Positions 1 through 8,726 of a stretch of 64,000 nt of DNA are shown here, in pieces. The notes beneath the pieces are model-generated. The model was not told where the DNA came from. It saw only the letters and a program-made list of their open reading frames with translations, and ran no database searches. The first letter of the stretch is position 1. Each line of letters starts with the position of its first letter. The translations under genes were made by a program, and so were the position numbers. This DNA is from an uncultured Chromatiaceae bacterium. Lineage in GTDB: Bacteria > Pseudomonadota > Gammaproteobacteria > JAADHS01. The stretch is taken from contig CAYQVF010000010.1 of NCBI GenBank assembly GCA_964421045.1, positions 118-64,117 of the forward strand, in the 5' to 3' direction.

Positions 1-460
1 CTCGTTTTCATGTTCCTGTGAAAAAATGTGTACACTGATGCCTGGAGGAAACGGCAGCTTCGCTGCGCGCATCCTGGAACAGCACGATTTTTTGTAAAGT
101 TACAAAACCAAGCTTTATTGGATCAAGTGCTTGCTGTGCTGAGGAGGTTCCCCCTCCCCTCCCCCCCAATTTAAAAGTGCATAATCAAAACATAAGACAT
201 CACACAGGATTAGTCCGCCCGGAAATCAGGCTGTGGTTTTTTGAAAAAATAGCGGGTTAACCTGATTTGGGCTGATATCGATTGCCCTACTTGTGTAAAA
301 AATGGGTCTTTAAGACTGAATGGAGCGACGACGAGGCTCTATGTGTGGATTTGAGCCTCACTTTAGCTTTGTTTTTACCGCTTGCTTTTTATTCTAACTG
401 AATGGTTGAAGTCAAACTTGGCTGGGATATTGCTAGTAGAGTTGGGTAGCGGTTGATATA

Positions 461-862
461 TTGCATCAAATGAAGAAGAGTTGCCAAAATTTTGGCGAAT
501 ATGGGAGAAGGACGATGACAGATCCAATTGGTTCTAACAGAATAACGACCCTCTTAGGGGGCGCGGGTAACGGGAAAGGAAAGGTTGACACGGAATCGTC
601 AGAGAGTCGTCAAGGCTCAGGTCAAAAAACTTCAGCTGAATCCTCTCAAGGCCGTGATCATTCCGATCAGCTTGTTTTAAGTTCAGTTGCGAGGGGGTTG
701 AATGAGCAGAGTCGTTCAATGTCGCAAGCGATTGAAACACCACAACAGGCAAAAGAAGCCGTGACGCAGCTCAGGGAGGCATTAGTTGGTGGCGCTGGAG
801 GAGCAGAGGTGCATGGTAATGCGATCCCTGGTTTGGTCACTTTATTGAAGCAACCTGCTTAA
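461..862 (+). CDS. hypothetical Gly/Ser-rich protein (uncertain whether real)
   Basis: 133-aa ORF with low-complexity G/S/Q-rich composition and no motif I recognise. Its 3' end overlaps the convergent reductase gene by 4 nt. It sits in a low-coding leader region. Confidence 0.3.
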   Translation: MHQMKKSCQNFGEYGRRTMTDPIGSNRITTLLGGAGNGKGKVDTESSESRQGSGQKTSAESSQGRDHSDQLVLSSVARGLNEQSRSMSQAIETPQQAKEAVTQLREALVGGAGGAEVHGNAIPGLVTLLKQPA

Positions 863-1860
863 TCGGGTTTTATCGGCGTTTCAACGTGATGGCTGTGAAC
901 AAACGCATCCATATGAATCGCTTGCAATGCTGCACCTTGTAAAAAAGATTTTTTCTTCATGGTGTTAACCATATCGGGATGACCACATAAGAAAATTTGC
1001 CAACCCTTTAATTTTGGGTATTGCAACAAAGCGATAACATCGGCACGTCCTTTGGACGTGCCAGAAAAGGATGAATTTCCCGATAAGCAGGGTGTATAGT
1101 TGAAATTTTTATGTTGTTTTTCTAGTGCCAATAACGTGTCGATTAAATAGAGGTCGGTTGTTGCTCGGCCACCGTGAAATAGATGAATGGTTTGAGTATG
1201 TTTTTGATGGAGTGCGTCTTGTATTACTCCGTATAAAGGGGCTAGACCCGTTCCCGTACCTATCAATAATAAAGGTTGGTGCTGGTGATGTTCAGTCATA
1301 TAGTAACAATCACCGTGAGGGCCTGAAATCACCACTTCTTGGGCGATCTCTAGTTCGTCGAATATCCAGGTAGATAAGTTGCCAGATGCGATTTTTTTGA
1401 TATGTAGCTCAATTTGATTGTTTGCCTGAGGGCGGTTCGCTATAGAGTAGCTGCGAGTTATACCGTTTGCGCCAGTCAAGTTTAAGAATTGTCCTGCCTG
1501 GTAGTTGAAAGGGCTTTGGCTTTGTAAAATCAGCTGTAAAATATCGGGTTGTAGTTTATTTTTTTGAATTACAGTTGCAATAACTCTGGGGTTAATGTCT
1601 TCGTCAGGCAAATGAATGTTCATGTCTTGTGTTGGTTTGCAAACACAGGCAAAAAAATAATTCCGATTGACCAGGCTTGGTTTGAGGTCAAGTTGGGCGT
1701 CTTCGGGGATCTTTCCTTTAGAGCCGCGCATTAAGCAAGTTTGGCATACACCACTTTTACAGGATGAGGGAATGGACACGCCGTGACGTGTGAGACAGTC
1801 TAATACAGACTCGTTGTTTACACAGTGATATGCCTGGCCATTAAACGTAATACGCGCCAC
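859..1860 (-). CDS. ferredoxin-NAD(P)H reductase: N-terminal plant-type 2Fe-2S ferredoxin domain fused to an FAD/NAD(P)-binding FNR-like domain
   Basis: N-terminus CKSGVCQTCLMRG is a C-x4-C-x2-C 2Fe-2S cluster motif. RSYSIAN matches the FAD-binding RxYS motif. GTGTGLAPL is an NAD(P)-binding glycine motif. It lies immediately downstream of the truncated haemoglobin gene on the same strand. Confidence 0.8.
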   Translation of the reverse strand: MARITFNGQAYHCVNNESVLDCLTRHGVSIPSSCKSGVCQTCLMRGSKGKIPEDAQLDLKPSLVNRNYFFACVCKPTQDMNIHLPDEDINPRVIATVIQKNKLQPDILQLILQSQSPFNYQAGQFLNLTGANGITRSYSIANRPQANNQIELHIKKIASGNLSTWIFDELEIAQEVVISGPHGDCYYMTEHHQHQPLLLIGTGTGLAPLYGVIQDALHQKHTQTIHLFHGGRATTDLYLIDTLLALEKQHKNFNYTPCLSGNSSFSGTSKGRADVIALLQYPKLKGWQIFLCGHPDMVNTMKKKSFLQGAALQAIHMDAFVHSHHVETPIKPD

Positions 1861-1881
1861 GAAGTGTCTTGTCCCGTTATC

Positions 1882-2250
1882 TTATCGCCCTAAAACATCA
1901 TTGCGTGTGGATTCTGCGATTGCCGCCGCTTCAGAGATCAGCTCAGCAGGTACTTTTAACTCGGTTAAGGTTGCGCCAAGATTTTCCATTACGGCATCAA
2001 AATGGCTATCATTTAACCCCTTTGCGACTAAGTGTGCATGGCCTTCACGCATGTCTTTGCCGGAGTAATTGTTTGTACCGCCAAATGCCAGAGTTAAAAA
2101 CGCTTTTTGCTTAGATGCTTGCTTGTCCATATCGACGCCTTCAAAAAATGAGGATATGCGATCATCAGCTAAGACTTTTCTGTAAAAAATATCGACAGCC
2201 GCATTCACTGCGGCTTCACCACCAATTTTTTCAAACAAAGATGTGCTCAT
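1882..2250 (-). CDS. glbN: group I truncated haemoglobin (trHbN-like)
   Basis: 122-aa protein MSTSLFEKIGGEAAVNAAVDIFYRKVLADDRISSFF...HAHL... with the 2/2 haemoglobin signature (FEKIGG and the F-Y-x-K-V pattern). AGGAG RBS 8 nt upstream of the ATG on the minus strand. Confidence 0.85.
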   Translation of the reverse strand: MSTSLFEKIGGEAAVNAAVDIFYRKVLADDRISSFFEGVDMDKQASKQKAFLTLAFGGTNNYSGKDMREGHAHLVAKGLNDSHFDAVMENLGATLTELKVPAELISEAAAIAESTRNDVLGR

Positions 2251-2289
2251 AAGTAAGGCTCCTGAAAGTTATGATAAGAAAAGTGATAT

Positions 2290-2312
2290 AAAGTATATTT
2301 CAAATACATCTT
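2290..2312. promoter_or_regulatory. NsrR-like 11-1-11 inverted repeat upstream of glbN (putative NO-responsive operator)
   Basis: AAAGTATATTT-C-AAATACATCTT lies about 40 bp upstream of the glbN start. The right half matches the enterobacterial NsrR half-site AAATGCATCTT at 10 of 11 positions, and the left half at 7 of 11. Confidence 0.3.
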
Positions 2313-2859
2313 TATACATTTGCGTTGTTTTGTCAAGCTTTATCCTGCCCGACGACACGTCTGTTTTTTTAGAAAATTTAAAATTCAAATCTTTAAAATC
2401 CCTGTTTTTAGCGCCCATTTTTATTTGTATAGCGATATGAAATGTTTCGGAAATAGTAACAAAAAATTCAACTTAACGTTGTCATTCGCGCTTAGGGACT
2501 GAAAATAAATAACTTAACATTTTACTTGTCCATCATTCCATCTCCGGTGTTGCTCAAAGGTTTATATACCAAAGAGTATGAGCATTTTAGAGACGAAATG
2601 CTAGTGTTAGTTCTGTTTTTACGGGCTCTTAGACTCCATATTTTTTATTGCGCAAAGACGATCATTTTCAGGGGCGAGGTAAAACTTCAATCGTTATGAG
2701 CCTCTTTAGAAAGGTTAAAAACTAACGTGGTATGGTTGGCTTACAAGAGGGTGGGCTGTATGATTTTAAAAAATGCGGTTGATCCACGAAGTGCCCTTAG
2801 GGTACATTCGCGTTCAGCCGCGTTTTTCAGGATAATTAGCAATACTTAAGGGGGAGGGT

Positions 2860-5703
2860 ATGTTGAGTGGCTTGCGAGTTGTTTTTACATTAGCACTGTT
2901 GTGTTATGGATTTTCTGCTTGTGCCGGTATTTTTCATGACCCTGATTTAAACTGGAAAACTTTACATAGCCCGCATTTCAAGGTGCATTATCATACGGGG
3001 CTAGAATCGCAAGCACACACTGTTGTTGTTATTGCCGAAGAAGTGCATGAACGCTTAACAACACTTTTCGATTGGTTTCCTCAGCAGAAAACGGATGTGG
3101 TTCTAACCGATGAAACGGGTTTTGCTAATGGTTCGGCGACACCGTTACCCTATAACCGGATGTTACTTGTTGTGACGCCCCCCGACGAAGGTCTGATGGA
3201 TTATGCGATGTGGCTTGAGTCGCTGATTGTTCATGAATACACGCATATTCTTCACATAGACAGGGTGGAGCGTAATCCGCAGCGTCTGCGATCTGTATTG
3301 GGTCGCCATCCTTTGTTGTTTCCCAGTTTATATCAGCCTCTCTGGCTTATTGAAGGTCTCGCGACTTATTTGGAAACAGATGTAGCACGTGGTATCGGGC
3401 GAGGTCAGAGCAGCTATTTTGATATGTTAATGAAAGCAGAAGTGGCATCTGGACTGAAGCCGATCCGGCAAATCAATCAATCTATTCGAACCTGGCCTGC
3501 GGGGGTCACCCCTTACTTGTACGGTGTTTATTTTTATCAATTTCTAGTTGACCGTTACGGTCAAGCGACCTTGGCAGCCTGGCTGAAAAGTTACAGCAGC
3601 AATGTCATTCCTTTTCGCATTAATGGCAATGCCAATGCCTTTTTTGGTGTGAATATGACGGAGCTATGGCAACAATATGAAATTTATTTGCAAGAAAAAT
3701 TTGCCTCAAAGGAATGGCAAATAACAACAGACAATAAAATAGGCGAGCGTTTGACACATTATGGCTATAACACCATGCAAATCCGGGTTGATGATGCGGG
3801 CAATCAGTACTTTATCAAAAATGATGCGCGTACTGAACCTGCGTTGATGCGCAGAACGCAGACTGGAGACATAGAGAAAATTTCAGATGTTCATGTGGGG
3901 GCTCGATTTGATTTGCACGAGACGGCGGGCATCATCATTGCTCAGCCGGAACGATACAACAACGCCAACCTATTTTATGACTTATATCATATTGATGTTC
4001 ATTCAGGAAAAAGCCGAAGATTAACGACAGCAGCACGATATCGTTTTGCTTCCTGGTCCAATGAGGGCAAAAAAATAGCAGCAGTTAAAAGCGAAAGAGG
4101 TCGTTACAGTCTTGATATTCTCTCCCAAGAAGGCGAATGGATTGAGAATTTATGGGAGGCAACGAATGGTGAAATACTTTCTTTTATAGATTGGTCGCCC
4201 GTAGACGATTTGATTGTTGCTTCTGTTTGGCGTCCATCAGGTGGATGGAATCTGGAAGTGTTTGATATGGGAAAAGGCGTTTGGAGGGCGTTGACTGCAG
4301 ATGCGGCTATTCCGTTACATCCTCTATTTTCCAGGACGGGTTCGCGTGTGATCTTTAGTGCGGATTATGACGGTATCTATGATATTTATGAATTGGATAT
4401 CACGGAGACGATGATGTCGAACTTCTCGCGAAGAACACGAGTGACCGGCGGTGCTTTTTTCCCTTCTGAGTCAACAAACGGGGTGATGTATTATGTAGGT
4501 TACGATCAAGAGGGCTATGATCTTTACCAGTTTAATGATGACGTTCGGTTGCTCGCTCCAGTACCACCACAAGGGAGTACAGCGACCTATCGACCATTGG
4601 CAAAAAGTCTGATTGATGTCACAACAACAGCTTATCAACCAATGGAAGGGTTGCAGCCTGGCTGGTGGTTTCCTCTCTTCGCTCTTGCTGATGATTTGTT
4701 TTTATTGGGGGCGACGACATCGGGTTCTGACCCCTTAAATAAACACAATTATAGCGCGATGTTGGCTTATGAGTTTTCCAATGAGCAGTTAATAGGTAGT
4801 TTGGATTATCTCTATGATGGTTGGCAACCAAGCTTCGCATTGCATGGTTCAAGAAATATCGCTTTACATCGCGCATCAAACCGTGATCTTGAACGTGTGA
4901 GACAGTCCGATTTTTACCGTGCCACTTTAAGTTTTCCTTTTCTTCGTTATCGTGATCAATGGGCGCTTTCTTTTGGAATTGAGGCTGAAATTTTGTCGGA
5001 TAGTTATGTTGCCCCTAATGTGCGGGCAGCGGTTGATGAAAAAGACTATGTGCTGGGTAGCGCCCTCACCTACAATTCTGCTAGGAATTATCTGTTAGCC
5101 ATTAGCAGCAGTAATGGTCGTGCTGTGAGTGTGCTTGCAGAGACCAGCGAAATAGGTAACGGGAGTTATAAAGGAGAAGTTTATTCATTAGACTGGCGTG
5201 AATATCTAAAGCTAAAAAGAGAGCACGTTCTTTCATTGAGGGGGTTTCTGGGTTGGGGAACGGATCAACCGAGACAATTTCAATTAGGAGGTAGCGATAC
5301 ATTGGGTGGCGTGTTTAATGCCTTAACCCCCACTTTGGCTTCTCCTTTTAATCGACGTGATTATGCGCTACGAGGTTATGCTGATGGTTTAGCTATACTG
5401 CGTGCACGTCGTGCGGTGTTAGCGAGCGTAGAATGGCGTTTACCTTTATTGCGTTTAGAGCGGGGATGGATGGCGCCGCCGCTCGGTCTGGATCAATTGT
5501 CAGCGGCTTTTTTTATAGATAGTGGTGCAGCTTGGCAGCAAGGTTCAACGCCAGATCGTTATTTTACGGGAGCTGGGGTAGAGCTCAATAGCGATGTACG
5601 GGCTTTCTATTATTTGCCTTTACGTTTACGATTAGGTTATGCGTATGGTTTTGCCGATGAAGGAGAGCACCAGCTCTATTTACAATTAGGGGCTTCATTT
5701 TAG
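2860..5703 (+). CDS. outer-membrane Omp85-family barrel protein with an N-terminal HExxH zinc-peptidase-like domain and a TolB-like beta-propeller
   Basis: Signal peptide (LALLCYGFSACAG). HEYTH at aa 125-129 followed by EGLATY (gluzincin-like HExxH...E). The middle region has TolB/PD40-like repeat character (WSPVDD, VFSADYDGIYDIY). The C-terminus has FQLGGSDTLGG...YALRGY and a terminal Phe (QLGASF), typical of Bac_surface_Ag/Omp85 barrels. Strong GGGAGGG RBS. Confidence 0.75.
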   Translation: MLSGLRVVFTLALLCYGFSACAGIFHDPDLNWKTLHSPHFKVHYHTGLESQAHTVVVIAEEVHERLTTLFDWFPQQKTDVVLTDETGFANGSATPLPYNRMLLVVTPPDEGLMDYAMWLESLIVHEYTHILHIDRVERNPQRLRSVLGRHPLLFPSLYQPLWLIEGLATYLETDVARGIGRGQSSYFDMLMKAEVASGLKPIRQINQSIRTWPAGVTPYLYGVYFYQFLVDRYGQATLAAWLKSYSSNVIPFRINGNANAFFGVNMTELWQQYEIYLQEKFASKEWQITTDNKIGERLTHYGYNTMQIRVDDAGNQYFIKNDARTEPALMRRTQTGDIEKISDVHVGARFDLHETAGIIIAQPERYNNANLFYDLYHIDVHSGKSRRLTTAARYRFASWSNEGKKIAAVKSERGRYSLDILSQEGEWIENLWEATNGEILSFIDWSPVDDLIVASVWRPSGGWNLEVFDMGKGVWRALTADAAIPLHPLFSRTGSRVIFSADYDGIYDIYELDITETMMSNFSRRTRVTGGAFFPSESTNGVMYYVGYDQEGYDLYQFNDDVRLLAPVPPQGSTATYRPLAKSLIDVTTTAYQPMEGLQPGWWFPLFALADDLFLLGATTSGSDPLNKHNYSAMLAYEFSNEQLIGSLDYLYDGWQPSFALHGSRNIALHRASNRDLERVRQSDFYRATLSFPFLRYRDQWALSFGIEAEILSDSYVAPNVRAAVDEKDYVLGSALTYNSARNYLLAISSSNGRAVSVLAETSEIGNGSYKGEVYSLDWREYLKLKREHVLSLRGFLGWGTDQPRQFQLGGSDTLGGVFNALTPTLASPFNRRDYALRGYADGLAILRARRAVLASVEWRLPLLRLERGWMAPPLGLDQLSAAFFIDSGAAWQQGSTPDRYFTGAGVELNSDVRAFYYLPLRLRLGYAYGFADEGEHQLYLQLGASF

Positions 5704-5744
5704 GTTAGAGGTGGTTTTTGGGCGTGTTAACTCTAAGCATATAA

Positions 5745-5818
5745 TCGCATAAAGTGTGCTCCAGAACCGTTTCACTGCTTTTAGATGCGGCTCTAAAAGC
5801 GCCTGACCCTGATTTTTT
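5745..5818. repeat. extragenic repeat copy A plus hairpin and T-tract (bidirectional terminator between convergent genes)
   Basis: CGCATAAAGTGTGCTCCAGAACCGTTTCACTG core, then GCTTTTAGA-TGCGGC-TCTAAAAGC hairpin and a TTTTTT run. Related copies occur at 9379-9438 and 25348-25377. Confidence 0.5.
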
Positions 5819-5897
5819 ATGCAATGGTGGGTTTTGTTGCTGTAATACAATCATAGAGCGTATGCGGAGTGAACGCGAGTTATTACGTGCCCATTCC

Positions 5898-6710
5898 TTA
5901 GTCTATTAGGCTACGATCAATCCACCCTAACGTTTGCTGATCATGTAGCAATACGGCTGTCCATTGACCTTGTTGAGAAAGTGTATAGATGTGTTGTCCT
6001 GCATCTACACGTGAAACGACATCGGCGTTACGGTCAGGTGAAAGATAAACATTGACTTCTGCTGATGTGATCGCTTTATTTGTGTCTTTTAATAAAAGGC
6101 GCAGCCCAGTTTGTGCTCTTGTCGCTCCGGTGTTAATTGCGGTTATAAACCATTTTACCGCTTGTACATGGTCTTGTGGTACGCCATGCCCCTTATGATA
6201 CATTACACCGAGGTTATATTGTGCAGAGGCAAACCCTTGCTCGGCTGCTTGAGTTAACCATTGTCTGGCTATTGTATAATTTTGCTTAATGCCCGCCCCT
6301 TCATAATGCATGAGTGCATAATTGTACTGGGCACTAGGTAACCCCTGTTTCGCTGCGAGCAGGTAGTATTTTTTGGCTATGGCAAAATCTTGCGGTACGC
6401 CTTGCGCGCTTTCATATAACATAGCAAGATTGTTTCTCGCCATGGCGTAACCTTGTTCAGCTGCTTGCGTATACCACTTTGCTGCAGTGCTATAGTCATG
6501 TTTTACGCCTTGTCCGAGTTCATGCATTACGCCAAGCGCATATTGAGATCGTACATCTCCTTTTTGAGCGAGATGCTGCCACATTGCAATCGCTGCTGGA
6601 TAATTGGCTTCTTGGTAAGAGGTAAAGCCGATAATGAAGCTGTTGTTATGGGATTGGATTGGCGCACTATTGAGTAATGCGACGAACAAAATATTCGATA
6701 ATATTGTCAC
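5898..6710 (-). CDS. secreted Sel1-repeat (TPR-like) protein with a C-terminal bacterial SH3-like domain
   Basis: Signal peptide. Six or more Sel1 repeats (AxxWYxxAAxQGxxxAQxNLGxMY pattern repeated). C-terminal segment VNVYLSPDRNADVVSRVDAGQHIYTLSQQGQWTAV resembles an SH3b domain. Confidence 0.8.
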   Translation of the reverse strand: MTILSNILFVALLNSAPIQSHNNSFIIGFTSYQEANYPAAIAMWQHLAQKGDVRSQYALGVMHELGQGVKHDYSTAAKWYTQAAEQGYAMARNNLAMLYESAQGVPQDFAIAKKYYLLAAKQGLPSAQYNYALMHYEGAGIKQNYTIARQWLTQAAEQGFASAQYNLGVMYHKGHGVPQDHVQAVKWFITAINTGATRAQTGLRLLLKDTNKAITSAEVNVYLSPDRNADVVSRVDAGQHIYTLSQQGQWTAVLLHDQQTLGWIDRSLID

Positions 6711-7048
6711 TACAAGTGGCCTCTATGCTTTCAAGTCGGGAAGGGTTGAGTAAAAACTACTTTAGACCTGTATTGCTATTTAGGTCAAGTTTCGTCTTCA
6801 TTTGAGTTTTGTTTTAGAGTGTAGCAAACTTTATGCCGGATTTTATCTTCTTGTTAAATAAAGATATTTTTTATTGTGGTCGGTGCTTTTGTCAGGGTTT
6901 CCGACAATAAGGAACGCTCGTAATAACTTTCGGATCTACATCCTTGCAGGCCATTAGAGCGAGCAAATATAAACTAAATTTGAGCCCCTAAGCCGTGTTT
7001 TTTTGTTGTCAGGGGAAGGGTTTGTATCTTGGATCGCGTTGTTTCTTC

Positions 7049-7840
7049 TCAGCCCGCAATGTGGACATTATGGGGAATAGAGATTTCAACGGCGATAGGT
7101 AGGTGGTCTGATACAGCATGATTAATTACGCCCGCTGAATGTACTTTAAGGGAGGGGGTGAGTAAAATATAATCGAGCTTTTTTGTGGGTCGCCAGCTGG
7201 GGAAGGTGACATCGTTAATAATAGGTGGGCAAAGGTGCGTGAGCGAAAGGAGTAAATCAATTTCTTCGCTGTGCGGTTGGCAGTTTAAGTCACCCATTAG
7301 AACAACATGAGGGTACTGATTGGCAATTTCTGAGATATATCGGAGTTGCATCAGGCGCGCGCGTTTGCTGAGAGCTAAATGGACTAACAACAAAACCAGG
7401 GCGTTATTTTTTTGCCCGAAGCGTATCAGCATGGCACCGCGCCCAGGGATGAGTCCGGGGAGTTTATATTCTTTGATTTCCTTTGGGCGAAAATGGCTTA
7501 AAAGCCCATTGCTGGCCTTGGCTATTTTCCCTAAATTACGATTGGTTTGATGGTGCCAAAAGGGGAATTGTCCTTTGTTGGCCAAGTACTCAACCTGATT
7601 GACAAATTGACTACGGATGCTGCCGGCATCAACTTCTTGCAAGGCAACGATGTCATAATTACGGGTCAAATCAGAAATTCGGTCGAGATTGGAAAAACTT
7701 TGTTGGTGAGGCAAGACATGCTTCCAGCACTCGGTGACATAATGTCTTAAGCGGGAAGAGGCTATTGCAACTTGAATATTGTAGCTGAGTAATCGCAGCC
7801 GGGTGTTCGTCGGTCGACTGTCTGATATCTCATTACTCAT
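7049..7840 (-). CDS. endonuclease/exonuclease/phosphatase (EEP) family protein
   Basis: N-terminal LRLLSYNIQ motif, and conserved Asp/His residues near the C-terminus (DHLPI) typical of the EEP fold. Confidence 0.7.
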   Translation of the reverse strand: MSNEISDSRPTNTRLRLLSYNIQVAIASSRLRHYVTECWKHVLPHQQSFSNLDRISDLTRNYDIVALQEVDAGSIRSQFVNQVEYLANKGQFPFWHHQTNRNLGKIAKASNGLLSHFRPKEIKEYKLPGLIPGRGAMLIRFGQKNNALVLLLVHLALSKRARLMQLRYISEIANQYPHVVLMGDLNCQPHSEEIDLLLSLTHLCPPIINDVTFPSWRPTKKLDYILLTPSLKVHSAGVINHAVSDHLPIAVEISIPHNVHIAG

Positions 7841-7959
7841 AGATTATTGCCGCCACTGCTGATTTTTGCAGTACGAATGCGCGGATGTTCGAGACAGGAC
7901 AACGCCGGGGATGCCGTTGTCGAGGTTCTCTATACTTGGGGAGGCATGCCTCTGAATAA

Positions 7960-8616
7960 TTAGCTTTGATCTTCATATTCTTTTTTGGCAAGAAAGTCTG
8001 TGATTTTCAATATTTCAGGGAAGCTACATTTGCAAATTGTTCCATCGACGCGATATTTTCCATTGATGACGATGCCTGGCGTGCCAGTTAAACCGTAGCG
8101 TCGTCCCATTTCCTGGGATTGGCGAACTTTGGCTTCTACACCAAAAGAACGGAATGCTTTGTTAAATGCTTTTTTATCAACGCCGTTTTCTTCGAAAAAA
8201 TCAGCGAGTGCAGTTTGTGTGTTGAGCTTTCTTTTATGGGCATGAATGGCAGTAAATAGAGGCAGATGAATGTCTTCTACAACGTCAAGGGCTTGCGCAG
8301 CATAGAATGCGCGAGCATGTATTGCCCATTCGGGTCGGAAAATTGCAGGTAATTGTACATATTCAATATAGTCTGCTTTTGACTCTAGCCATCTCTCTAT
8401 ATAAGGTTCAAAACGGTGACAGTGAGTGCAGCCATACCAAAAAAGCGCAACAACCTCTATTTTTTCTTTGTTCGATGTGGGTTGCTTAGGAATAATGCGT
8501 TGGTATGAAACCCCTTCTTGGTATTCCTTGGGAAATAAATCTGCATTGACTGAAAAACTGATTGCCGTCATCATAAGTATGAATAGTGTGAGTATCGTCG
8601 TTTTTAGTGGATTCAT
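7960..8616 (-). CDS. dsbA: thiol:disulfide interchange protein DsbA
   Basis: Signal peptide, a CTHC (CxxC) active site within WYGCTHCHRFEP, and a thioredoxin-fold length (about 218 aa). Confidence 0.85.
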   Translation of the reverse strand: MNPLKTTILTLFILMMTAISFSVNADLFPKEYQEGVSYQRIIPKQPTSNKEKIEVVALFWYGCTHCHRFEPYIERWLESKADYIEYVQLPAIFRPEWAIHARAFYAAQALDVVEDIHLPLFTAIHAHKRKLNTQTALADFFEENGVDKKAFNKAFRSFGVEAKVRQSQEMGRRYGLTGTPGIVINGKYRVDGTICKCSFPEILKITDFLAKKEYEDQS

Positions 8617-8726
8617 CTTGTGGTCTCGTATTTGTTCTCGGTAAATTGTAAATAATGGATAGATTAACTCATATATTTAGCGCAACATAGTTTATTTTAA
8701 AATGCTATTTTAATACGAAATAAAAA

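Noticed and set aside
2243-2502. Two overlapping small ORFs (65 and 60 aa) in the AT-rich region upstream of glbN
   Set aside because: AT-rich promoter region. The predicted peptides are hydrophobic, low-complexity (Ile/Phe/Leu/Lys), typical of AT-rich random ORFs. They overlap the putative glbN promoter and operator.
4619-5302. Minus-strand ORFs (86 and 66 aa) inside the 947-aa outer-membrane-protein gene
   Set aside because: Antisense shadow ORFs within a long, well-supported coding frame.
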